From Eledone cirrhosa (Eukaryota), in assembly GCA_964016885.1 (NCBI GenBank), contig OZ024747.1, forward strand, positions 10,292,001 through 10,356,000: DNA of 64,000 bases, in the 5' to 3' direction. Position 1 is the stretch's first letter, and each line of letters opens with the position of its first letter. A model generated the notes under the pieces. The model was not told the DNA's origin. It searched no databases and worked only from the letters and a program-made list of their open reading frames with translations. Position numbers and translations under genes: made by a program. Of the stretch, positions 1 to 39,838 are shown in pieces.

Positions 1-255
1 TAATTTTCACTGTCAAAATGTCCATAGCAAAAGTGTTTTTCTGTGCAATCAGTTGTTGGCTTCATGGCCGACCTGAAACCTAGAGTTCCTGTTTGATCAT
101 TTGGTTTTGTATATGTATATGTGTGTGTTTGTGTGTATGTATGTGTGAGAGTGTGTGTATGTGTGTGTGTTTGCGCTGCTAATTTCAATCCCAAAACAAA
201 GTTTTGTAGTTAAGTTGCAGATGATTTTCCGCAACCTTTATTAGAGTAATATACA

Positions 256-472
256 ATCATCATCATCATCATCTCTATCATCCTTATCACCTTCATCATC
301 GACATCATCATCATCACCATCATAATCATCATCATTATCATCATCATCTCAACCACCACCCCCACCATCACTATCACCATCATAATCATCATTATTATCA
401 ACATCATCTTCATCATCTTAACCACCACCATCATCAACATCATTCCCATCATCATCATCACCATCATCGTCG

Positions 473-503
<31 letters not shown>

Positions 504-820
504 AATCATCATTATTATCAGCATTGGCAGTATCGGTAGAGAGTCAGACGCCATGCTTTGCAGCAAAGAGTTACGCCCCTTTATGATCTGAGTTCAAATC
601 TCGCCGAGGTTAACTTTGCCTTTCATCTTTATGGGGTCGATAAAATAAAGTACCAGTAATACCCTGGATTAATTGCTGGCCTTGTGCCAAAAGTAGAAAC
701 AATTATTATCAGCATCATCATCATCTCAACCACCACCACCGTCATCGTCATCATTATTATCATCATCATCTCAACCACCACCACCATCATCAACATCATT
801 AACATCATCAACAACAACAT
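256..820. repeat. (ATC)n/(ACC)n microsatellite interrupted by a SINE
   Basis: Direct reading; explains the poly-Met ORFs. Confidence 0.95.
524..708 (+). mobile_element. Second SINE family (near-identical copy at 63084-63275; minus-strand copies at ~3987-4345, 43690-44490, 56455-56560)
   Basis: Shared GAGGTTAACTTTGCCTTTCATC..GGGGTCGATAAAATAAAGTACCAG..GCTGGCCTTGTGCCAAAAGTAGAAAC with a B-box-like GAGTTCAAATC. Confidence 0.75.
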
Positions 821-1544
821 TTTATGTTGATTGTTCCATGATTACATGAGTTGGTTAGGTCTTTTCCAACATAGTTTGCCTCTCTTCATTGTGTTCCTTC
901 CTGATCACCTTTGTGGGGTTCACCATTTTAAGATCAGCTCTCACCACCAGTAACAAAATGGGGAAAACCAAATTGTGGGATTTGGGAACATATGCAGGAA
1001 GAATCGGGATTCAGATTTGAAAATGGACAAACTTTTAAACTTAAAAACATATTCATGTGTTTGTTTGGTAATGTTGTCTATGTCTTAAGGGGCTGTGGAG
1101 AGCTTGCCAAACAAAGGGTTGGGAAGAGCCTTCAGTCATATCAAGGATATGACAGCCTCTCTAGTGTTTGGTGATCTACGTGATAAATACACCCAGTACA
1201 TGCTGTAAAGTGGTTGGTTATAGGAAGGGCAACTAGTCATAGAAAGCTTGCCAAACAAAGGGTTGTTTCAAAGACATGACAACCTTTCCTGAGTACTGCA
1301 TGAAACATAAGACCATACATAAGTGAGACACAAGTCCCTGGCCTGCCTGGAAGATCAGTGGCTCCACTTCAGTACTCACTTGGTCTGTGTAGACCTGTCA
1401 TTAAACAATGAGGATGATATATTGATAGGTCTGCACAAACTATGGTATATAGTATTTCTACATGTATAATATATTTAGATTTCTTGTATTAATGGTGAAA
1501 TTAGAATGTTTGGTATCACCACATAGTCAAGTCATACCTTTTCC

Positions 1545-1711
1545 TCCTTCTTCTCTCACTTATTCCTGAGAGGGTCGTGGGGGTGGAGTCCTTAAACACT
1601 CCGTCCAGCGGGTCCTGTCAGAAGCAACCGTCTCTAACTGATCTGGCTGGATCCCCAAGCGAGACCACTCAAGCTCATGGATGTTATCCAACCACCTTGC
1701 ACGGGGTCTAT
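1545..1711 (-). mobile_element. RTE-like LINE C-terminal fragment with long flanking direct repeats
   Basis: The minus strand reads [43 protein letters not shown]. Related copies at ~56567-56815 (+) and ~60570-60635 (+). Confidence 0.7.
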
Positions 1712-2232
1712 TATTTCTACATTGTATAACATATTTGGGCTTCTTCAGAGAATGGTGAAATTAGATTATTTGGTATCACCACATATTCAAGCCATGCCAT
1801 TTCACTAATTATTTCTCGATATTTTATTTATTTAAGAATCCTAACAGAATCCCCTCTCTCCAAAATCAAATAACAATGTTCTTATAGTTACCAATAAACT
1901 AAACACTTTATGAAAATTTATCCCTAGAGTTCATTATAGAAGAGACGAAATGTCGACGATAGATAAAAAATAAAATATATACTTTGTACTCCTTTATTAA
2001 TTTTTTTTTCATTCAACTATTATTAAAATTCTTTATTTTTTTTTAAAGGGGAAAAATAAATCCTTTCTTTTCTTTATAAATCTAAGGTGAAAATGGTTAT
2101 TGCTAAAGGAACATATTAAATTGAAATATTGTTATATAATAGGGGAAGAAAGTAAATTCGATAGAAGTCCTAAGGTATGATATATTTACTGTAATAAATA
2201 ATCTGTGTTATCTCTCTACAGTTGACATTAGT

Positions 2233-2243
2233 AAGATGGCGGC
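2233..2243 (+). promoter_or_regulatory. YY1-type motif overlapping the DENND10 start codon
   Basis: AAGATGGCGGC contains the ATG at 2236. Confidence 0.45.
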
Positions 2244-5200
2244 TTCCTGTCAGTTGCTGTCTATTGGTTTGGTTGGTGAGTGTTAGTTTCTTTCTTTTGC
2301 TACTTAAAACCAAATATTCTTTTCTAATCCTTCTTCTTTGTCCAGTTAATTCATAGCCTTATTTACAAATCTGTTCTAGAATATATAACGGTTTCTTTAT
2401 AGATTCTAAACACCCACTACATTATTACACACGCCTCTCTATCAACAAAATATATTCATACAGGATTTAACACTCGGAATCGTCTGTTAAAATCGCCTTT
2501 GTTTACATTTTATTTCTATCAACATTTAAAAAATAAATCTGCAACACTGTAGATATTTCTAGAACAGCCGTGTACTTGATACAAACGACTCTTAGTATGT
2601 TTTTTTAAAAATAATATTAACTAGTTAAAACAGAAACACCGTATCGTAACACACCCACACAACTAGTATATATATATATATATATATATGAGAGATAAAG
2701 AGAGAATCTGCGGTGCTGAGATCGGGGAGAGCATGAATAATGGGAGTACTCAATGCACGGAGAGATGAAGAATGGGTACAGAGAGAGGTATAGACCCGAT
2801 ATATATATATATATAAAATTGGAAATTAGTAAAATCGAATCTCTGGCGGTTTGCAAGTAAATTCGGCCTACTTATATGAAATGATGAGTTAGCAAAGCAC
2901 TTGATAAGTTAGGGCCTTAGAGTAATAACATACGTTTGTGTGTGTGTGTTTGCCTTTGTGCCTGTCTGTGTACACTGTTTTCAGTTCGTTAAATTTGTGT
3001 ATATGTGTGTTTAAGAAGCTGGCGATCTAAAACTATATATCTATAACTTATACATCATACACAATGATAAGTTGATTGAAGTTAACTAAAGTTTGGGGAC
3101 GAGATTGGTGTATCAGGTGTAAAATGAACTTCAAAAAACACCCCTTCTAGAAAATAAACTTTTACTACTCGTAGTTTCCACGATTCCGTTAAGGTTGTCA
3201 CAGCTTATTTATTAGACGGCAGTTTAGATTCTGTATGTTAAATGGAGAAAGTTCGTATACCCTAGGGTTATGATTGATAAACATTGTATGAGTATATACA
3301 TACATACACACACATAGACATATCATCACCGTTTAACGTCCATTTTTCCATGCTAGCATGGGTTAGACGAGTTGTCCTGTTGTGAGCAATGCTAGGTCAG
3401 GTGACTATGTCTTACTCCTACAGAACTGATTTTGGCTTGGTTTCTACAGCTGGATGCCCTTCCTAACACCAACCACATTTACAGTAAGTTCTGGGTGTTT
3501 TTTGTCGTGACACCTACACGTCCACTTTACAGTATGTACTGGGCACTTCCTGTTGTGGTTCTAGGGTGACCATTCTATGGTGTGGGTTAGGGACTTGGGT
3601 GGGGTGGGGAAGATGCATGGGGATGATTACAGAGAGGGAACTTGGTGCATACTAACTATATGCCTCAGCTCGTGCATATGGTAGGGCAAGTTTCTATTTG
3701 TTTATTTATTTATGTTGTTGTTTCCCTGATTTCCAGAGAAGGACCACAATGCTGACAGCCTGTTTGTTTGGTCATATCCATCGTTCAGTGGTGAACAGCA
3801 GGAAAAATTCCTGCATCGCTGTAATGTTGCCACAGAAGCATCTCCTCACATACAGTTCTTGTATAGCCAATCTCAACGACATTGGTATTACATTTATACA
3901 ACACCAATACCTCTCAACTGTCACAGCTTACCAAAGGTTAGTTTTTTTTTCTCTTCCTTTTAATACATCATCATCTTTCTTCTTCTCGACCCCAGTACTT
4001 TACTGGTACTTTATTTTATCAACTCCAGATGGATGAAAGGTAAAGTTGACCTCGGCATGATTTGAAGACACAATGTAAAGAAGTGCAACAAATGCCCAAA
4101 GTTCTAATAATTCTTGGAATTAAAGAAATAATGGTTTCTGATTTAGGCACAAGGCCAACGATTTGTGGGGGTGGGGAAGTGAATTAAACCCCTACCCTAA
4201 TGTGTTACTGGTAGTTTATTTTATCAACCCCATAAGGATGAAAGGTAAATCTAACCTCAACAGGATTTGAACTCAAAATGTAAAGCAATGTAACTCTATA
4301 TCACAAAGCATGTTGTCTGATGTTCTACTGATTCTATCAATCCACGTCCCTGAATAAATTAATGAACTAATGTTGAAACTTTTACTTTTACAGGACTAAT
4401 GTTGAAACTTTTACTTTTACAGGTGACGTTTGTGTCTTTGGTTTTAGTTGCCAAAAACTTCCAACCAGAACAGTACAAAACCCTGTGTGAAGTTCTCAGC
4501 AATGTCTACATGAAGTCTGCTAATCCAGCTTTGATGTTACAGTGTTACTTGAATGTTGTGACCAAAGGAGAGTGTGTAACAGAAGACAAGCTGTCTTTTA
4601 CAGTGAAAGACTTTGATGTCAGGCAAGCTTATGCTGCATCGGACTTGAGAAGTGAGTAAAGAAACTAGGATTAATAATAATTTTTAGAAGTGAAGAAAAT
4701 CTTGAATGCTGGAGAATAGTTGTGAAAACAGCTTTAGAAAAGTGGGTAAAATACCCCTTATAGATGAAAAAGGTGGCCTATAGCCACAACAGAGAATTAT
4801 ACTCTGTACCTGGTGGAACGAGCTGGAACAAATATCACAATTAAAATTATCCAACATTATATCTTAGAAATAAAAAAAGAAGAAAACCTATATTTATTCA
4901 ATAGCCATCAATCAATTGTTTGAATTTCACTCAGGTGTGTGTTCTTTTAATTCCAGGTGTTATACAAATCTTTGGAGTGGAAACAATCTTAATTTACACA
5001 GCACTGTTGCTGAAGAAGTCTATAGCAGTCTACCACCCCAAAATAAGTGAATTGTTGGCCTTCATTCGGTGAGTAAAGTATATTTTGTTGTGTAGTGTCA
5101 GGTAGAATTAGTTGAAACTGTGGGAACACTTCTATCTCAGTGTATGTATTTAACCCAGCTTCACATACAGACATCCCTACATATACTCCGAGTATTGAAT

Positions 5201-7311
5201 TGGTCTGAAATAATCTGGTCAACCTCTGTGAGCAGAGAAAAACAGACATTAAATGATGATAGTGAGATATAATGTATAAGAGTTTGCCATTGTCTTTTCT
5301 GTTTATAGGGGTTTACCAGCACTAGTATGGCACCGCCAAGACTGGAGCAATTTGTTTCCTTACATTACATTGGACAGTACAGATATTGAGACAGATTTGA
5401 AAAGTCGAACATCTTATATTGCTGGTTTTACTGATGCCTTGGTCCAGAACAGGTATTGTGGTTTTTAGAAAATAAACTGTGTATCTGGTTTACAATAGGT
5501 ACACCATATCCCTATGTTTTGTAAGAAGTGATGTGTGAATCTGGTTTAGAATATGTATACTGTACCCCTGTGGTTTTTATAAAACAAACTATGTGTATCT
5601 GGTTTAGAATAGGTACATTGTAAGAAGTGCCATGTGTGGATCAAATTAAACAAGTTTCATTTATTTTCTCTGTAGAACGGAGCTGTATGACTTACTAGTG
5701 AACGTACAAACTCGTGAAATCAGTATTAGTCCAGGGGCTAAAGGTAAGTTGTTTTAGACTTTGAAAAGGAGATGTCTTTTATTTCTTCTAGCAAATATTT
5801 CTACCATACCTTGATGGTTCAATGAGGAAGTCTCTACAGAACTGTACATCCTACTATGTAAGGCAACTAAATCTTCCTGATATCATACACACAACACACA
5901 TATATATACATTAGACAATGTAGTTCATCATCATCACCGTTTTACGTCCGTTCTTCCACGCTAGCATGGGTTAGACGGGTTGTCCTGTTGTGGGCAGTGT
6001 CTGGTCGGCTGACCATGCCTTGCTCATACAGGAACTGATTTGGCTTGATTTCTACAGCTGGATGCCCTTCCTAACACCAACCTCATTTACAGTGAGTGCT
6101 GGGTGCTTTTTCGTGGCGCCTACACATCCACTTTACAGTGTGGGCTGGGTGCTTTTTTGCCATGGCACCTCCACGACCACCTTGCAGTGGGAGGGTGTGG
6201 GGGAATATTATCTATATGCTTCAGCTTGTACCCATGGGAGGTCAGGTACTCTGTATTACTGCGTGACGCCAGAGGTCACGGTTGTGTGTCATTGCCTTTG
6301 AGAGGTGTAATTGGGTAAGGTCGGCTTTTATCACCTAGTTGTATTTATATATATATATACATTAGACAACATGTGTGTGTATGTATATATTCATATTACA
6401 TAAACCAGATGTTTCTCCTAAACTGATATCATAGTACTTGAACTATAAATATTTGCTATACCTAAAAGCTAAGTGGTAGATGTGGAGGATCCAGATTTTA
6501 GAGTAGAAATATCTAATATCAATAGAAATATAAGACATAACTAGTGTATTTGACATTGTTCTAATTCATATTTTGTAGAATCACTTGCAATGGGAAAACT
6601 ACACAGAGACATTGCAATGTTTATGGTGAAATCAGCTGAAGATACCGACTGCTCAGAACAGATGTTAATTAAGGTAAGAACAATTATTTATAACAATATC
6701 TTGCAGTAACTGTACACTTATCCTTTTTCAGCCACAAACTGGTTAAGGTTCTAAGAAACAAAACCACCCATTTTAAAGAGGGTTTCCAACATACAGTGGA
6801 ACCTCGGTTCATGAACTTAATTCATTCTTTAAGGTCAGTTGTCACCTAAAATATTCATGTGAAACTATTTTCCCCATACAATATGTTGAGAGAGAGAGAC
6901 TGTGAAAGACAGATAGATATCACCGTAGTAACTAACTACACGGCAAATGATGCTTCGAACCACATTTAAAAATAAAAGCATCTGGTTGTTAGAATAATAT
7001 CTAAAGTAAAACTTTCATCTAACACAGGCCAACATGATAACAATAATATATTCTGGTTATTAGAATGCCTAACACAGGCCAACATGATTATGACAATGAT
7101 ATATTCTGGTTATTTCCTTTTTTTTTTGTTATTTCAGAAAATTTCTGAGAAAACCAAAGAAGTCCTTACCAATTTGACAGGGTTGTCAGAAACAGATGAA
7201 ACCGGGAAATCTTATATTACTTTAGAACTGCTAAGAAATAGGAAAATGCCCAAGAATACAGAAACTTTTCTATATAACCTAGCTGTTTGTGAAGGACTGG
7301 CCAAATATTGA
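2236..7311 (+). CDS. DENND10: DENN domain-containing protein 10 (FAM45A) ortholog, 8 coding exons, 353 aa
   Basis: Exons 2236-2275, 3737-3936, 4423-4651, 4957-5068, 5309-5452, 5676-5743, 6579-6673, 7138-7311. All are GT-AG with consistent phases and total 1062 nt. The translation (MAASCQLLSIGLVEKDHNADSLFVWSYPS...VLVAKNFQPEQY...DFDVRQAY...FGVETILIYTALLLKK...LPALVWHRQDW...AMGKLHRDI...TETFLYNLAVCEGLAKY*) matches my recollection of human DENND10 along its length. AATAAA at 7405-7410. Confidence 0.93.
5926..6340 (-). mobile_element. RTE LINE 3' fragment (near-identical copies at 17292-17658 and 40220-40508; diverged copy at 3322-3700)
   Basis: The minus strand encodes VIKADLTQLHLSKAMTHNRDLWRHAVIQST* followed by the shared 3' UTR and (GAT)n tail. 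Flanked by the direct repeat ATATATATACATTAGACAA. Confidence 0.82.
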
Positions 7312-7778
7312 GTTGACCCCTGAATTGATGATGGAACTTTAAAACCATTTACAGTGCATTGCAGTTTAGGGGTTTAAAAATTCCTGAAGAAATAATGTTT
7401 ATTTAATAAATTGAAACTAAAAAGAATGATTTAAGTATCAAATTGATTAAATCAAACCAGTCTTTGATGGGACATCTCGTTAGTTACAGGACAAAGAATG
7501 GTCAACCAGTCTTTGATGGGACATCTCGTTAGATAATTATATTCCCTTAAAATGGTATTCCATCATTTCTTTGGCAGATTTTTTTAATGAAAGGTTATTG
7601 TTAATATTTACCATTTTGACTGTTTTGGTACAGAAGTATTTTAGTTGGAACAATCAAGACCTGTAATTCTTGTTTCAAATTAGTGTTTAAAATAACATTT
7701 TATACATTGAAAAGCTTCATTAATCCTTTTAGTTTTAAATAATTTTATTAGAAAAGAAAAAAAAACAGAAAGAGATTC

Positions 7779-7948
7779 ATGTTGAGTGTGGGTGACTTAA
7801 AACCAGCAAGTCTGATGTCAACTCTGACTCTGTTGAGTGTGGGTGACTTAAAACCAGCAAGTCTGATGTCAACCCTGACTCTGTTAAGTGTGGGTGACTT
7901 AAAACCAGCAAGTCAGATGTCAACCCTGACTCTGTTGAGTGTGGGTGA
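7779..7948. repeat. 51-bp tandem repeat, ~3.3 copies, between the DENND10 and BRD8 stop codons
   Basis: TGTTGAGTGTGGGTGACTTAAAACCAGCAAGTCTGATGTCAACCCTGACTC units. Confidence 0.95.
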
Positions 7949-8146
7949 GGTAAAGGTAGAAGCAATATTGATTAAGAACACATGACAGAAGGACTGAAGG
8001 GAAATGAGAGAAGGTTGGAGTGACAATTAGCTGGGACATAACAGTTTTGTTCTTATTTTGGGGTCACTTGTTAGGAGTTTTCAGAGGTTTAGAGGGGACA
8101 GGAGCTACAAGGAGCTGGGACATAAGAGTTTGGTTCTATTTCAGAG

Positions 8147-37207
<29,061 letters not shown>

Positions 37208-37455
37208 GTTACACTCCGGTTTGCGAGCCGAGTAGATATATCCTAGTCGTATGACCACGTTAATTAAGCATGTAAAGGCAAAAAATTGGCTTCCGTTTGT
37301 GCAAATATGTAATATATGTTTTTTAAACGACTTAGGAAGGAGTGGTTTATTTCTATTTCCTCTTTAATCACGACTGTTTTCTTTTAATAATGGCTATAAT
37401 CATAAAAAAAATAGGAGCCGATTGTTTCCTCAGTGCAGTCGAATGGCGTGTGTTT

Positions 37456-37516
37456 ATCACGTGACCACCGGTAACAATATGGCGGTTATACAGATCTGGT
37501 AGCCGCCATATTGTTA
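37456..37516. promoter_or_regulatory. BRD8 upstream promoter: E-box TCACGTGA plus two inverted YY1-type motifs
   Basis: ATCACGTGAC at 37456-37465. TAACAATATGGCGG (37472-485) and CCGCCATATTGTTA (37503-516) are perfect reverse complements, ~270-310 bp upstream of the BRD8 ATG. Confidence 0.55.
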
Positions 37517-37824
37517 TTCTAACTTCCTTCACAGCCAGTCTTTACTTTCATTATAGCTACCTGCTACTCTACTACGTAGTAGTCTTTTCATGCAGTTCTG
37601 TTGGCATCAAGCTTCACCATAGAAATTATAATATTAGACGAAACTAAATATTGTTTGTTTTTTAAAAAAAAAAGATAAAGAAAACATTTTATTTAATTTA
37701 ATTAATGAAAATATATTTTTATTTTTGAAAATATACACAATTTAATAAATAAGTAGTTACATGAATGAATGACTATAAAATAATTAGAAAAACACTACAA
37801 ATATTTAAAAACGGAAAAGGAGGG

Positions 37825-38010
37825 AAAAAGCAAGTGCTCTAGGGCCACAGAAGACAGGGAGGGGATGATGAGCACTGAGTTTAGGGCACGGCTGTGTTGG
37901 GGCTGCGTCCGTGGACAAGACCGCAAAAACATTTCCGCAGGCATTGGCTAGTGACACCCGCTGCAACAACCACTCCACTCCGCGGAGCTCCTTCCTCAGA
38001 CGAGCTGGGG
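37825..38010 (-). mobile_element. CRE-like RLE LINE extreme C-terminus and 3' UTR
   Basis: The minus strand reads RKELRGVEWLLQRVSLANACGNVFAVLST, matching the consensus FLxQRISLAIQRGNAxxILGT. Confidence 0.55.
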
Positions 38011-38722
38011 GGAAGGAGTAAATAAGGGCAGATCTGGTTGTGTGGGTAATTAGAAGAAAGGACTATTAAAAGCCATAAATGAGAGGAAACGCAAGGACTC
38101 TAACGTCATAGATTTGTAAGGAAAAAAAAAAGGTAATAAAGATATTTTAACTACGGAAATTCAAATAATTATTTCTAATTTAGGCACAAGACCAGTAATT
38201 TGAGAGGGAGGGGGTAAAGTGTATATGCTGGTTTATCAACCTTCCCGCACTGTGTTGAGGTTTCTCACTACTTTCTTTGATATCACGCGTTCAAATGCGT
38301 GACTTTCGCGCACTGAGTCACTATCTTCTGGGCGCCGAAGTGTTTCTGCCGTGAATTTGAGGTAACTTTGAGAAACTGGTCACATTGGGGATTAAGATGG
38401 TAAAGACTTCTTGATATTAGTTTTCTGCTGAAAAGTGGCGTTGGATCACAGCAAGCCCGATTCAGAACAGAAACTAAGGAGTCACGGCAAAAATAAGTGA
38501 AAGGATTTTCACCACTTGACGGCCGTCTTCGAAGAAGATCACTGACAACTATGTCATCCAAATACCGTGGCAATTCCCCAGCTTGTTTGGAGTGGTATGT
38601 AGCTTAATCATATGACATAGCTTTATAAAGCAACTTGTTTCAAGCAATATCAAATTATTTGATTGCACTCGTCTCTAGTAATACTTCGTATTAAAATATA
38701 GATCCTTCTTAAAATATTCTGA

Positions 38723-38833
38723 GAGTCAGACAGGGTGTCATGTCGTATAAGTCGTAACAAGGTAGACGGCGACATGTCTCACGTATAGTACGTGATTACC
38801 CGATTCATCATGTCTTCTGAACACAGAAGGATC
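38723..38833 (-). ncRNA. SNORD13: U13/SNORD13-type box C/D snoRNA (guide for 18S rRNA helix-45 ac4C)
   Basis: The minus strand reads GAUCCUUCUGUGUUCAGAAGAC-AUGAUGA(box C, 38811-38805)-AUCGGGUAAUCACGUACUAUACGUGAGACAUGUCGCCGUCU-ACCUUGUUACGACUU(38763-38749)-AUACGACAUGACACCCUGU-CUGA(box D, 38729-38726). The 5' GAUCCUUC and GUUCA are antisense to 18S GAAGGAUC and UGAAC. The internal 15-mer is antisense to 18S AAGUCGUAACAAGGU. Order and spacing match human U13 as I recall it (AUCCUUUUGUAGUUCA..UGAUGA..GGGU..ACCUUGUUACGAC..ACCC.UCUGA). Confidence 0.9.
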
Positions 38834-38899
38834 TGTTCACAAAATATTACGGCTTGGTATTTATTCATTCTTTATTAAAATTTTTCGATAGAATATCTA

Positions 38900-38907
38900 A
38901 TTTGCAT
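38900..38907 (-). promoter_or_regulatory. Octamer motif (ATGCAAAT) about 70 bp upstream of SNORD13; possible snRNA-type promoter element
   Basis: The + strand reads ATTTGCAT at 38900-38907. The snoRNA is intergenic, so it probably has its own promoter. An 8-mer in AT-rich DNA can also occur by chance. Confidence 0.35.
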
Positions 38908-39181
38908 AATTTCTTAAAATTGCTCTTTATGTTATTAATTTTCAAAAGAAAATTACTTACATTTAATAATATGAGTCATTTTAAATATTAAGCAATATTA
39001 TTTGATTTATAAAGCCGTCACCAACATACTCATAGTATTTAATAATAATATTTTATCGAAGAATATATTTAAAAATTATATCTGTAAAGGAAAAGGAAGG
39101 GAGGTAACTCGTTCCACTACTTCAACTGTTATTTTAAACCAGTGAATCAGTGCTGTCAATAACGACGGTAACAGCATTGAA

Positions 39182-39838
39182 TATTAACTATAATGAAGGA
39201 AGGTCTGCGGGATTGCATCCAGAATATATTTTTTTACCCCATTTATAAAATAAGTTGGATTACTTTGAATAAATAATGAAGGAATATTACATAATTTATG
39301 TGCTAAATTTCATGGCTGTTGATTAGATATATTTTATAGCTTAATCTTTAAAATTATCAAATGTCAACACTTCCGGTTAGCGGCGGGATATCGTCCAGAA
39401 TATATTTTTTTACCCCATTTATAAAATAAGTTGGATTACTTTGAATAAATAATGAATGAATATTACATAATTTATGCGCTAAATTTCGTGGCTGTTGATT
39501 AAATATATTTTATAGCTTAATCTTTAAAATTCACTTCTTTAAAATTATCAAATGTCAACACTTCCGGTTAGCGGCCGTTATATTATAACACTTATAATCG
39601 CATATATTTCTGTCGCTAATTTTCTCCTAATGCAGTTTATATATGTCTTTTTTTAATATATCATGGATTACTGATTACAGAAGACTGTAACATAGGCTTT
39701 GTTCAATTTCTGTGTATATTGTCAATTACGATTTTATTTGATGTATCATATCTACATGCATATATATTTGTGTATAATATCAATATACACACTACACATG
39801 CGAGCAGAAAACAACCCGTAGGGTGGTTTTTCTGCTAG
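39182..39838 (+). mobile_element. Non-autonomous Helitron, 657 bp, with an internal ~170-bp tandem duplication
   Basis: Ends with hairpin ACCC-gta-GGGT followed by ..CTGCTAG(39838)|T and starts after A at TATTAACTATAATG. No TSD. The uninterrupted host sequence appears in reverse orientation at ~50470-50580. Internal duplication ~39207-39385 / ~39383-39575. Confidence 0.75.

Noticed and set aside
210-820. Poly-Met ORFs
   Set aside because: (ATC)n microsatellite.
5990-6301. Recurrent MGSVWSADHALL ORF (also 17365 and 40288) as a gene family
   Set aside because: Antisense reading of the RTE 3' UTR, starting at GTG.
38283-38573. 96-aa minus-strand ORF
   Set aside because: TTG start, no recognisable motif or splice context. 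Structure-rich non-coding sequence is a better explanation.
38749-38765. AAGTCGTAACAAGGTAG as an rRNA fragment, NUMT or 1492R-primer contamination
   Set aside because: No flanking rRNA homology. It is the antisense guide element of the minus-strand SNORD13, between boxes C and D.
39195-39210. RNase P CR-I-like GGAAGGTCTG
   Set aside because: It lies at the Helitron 5' end, with no CR-V/P4 partner downstream.
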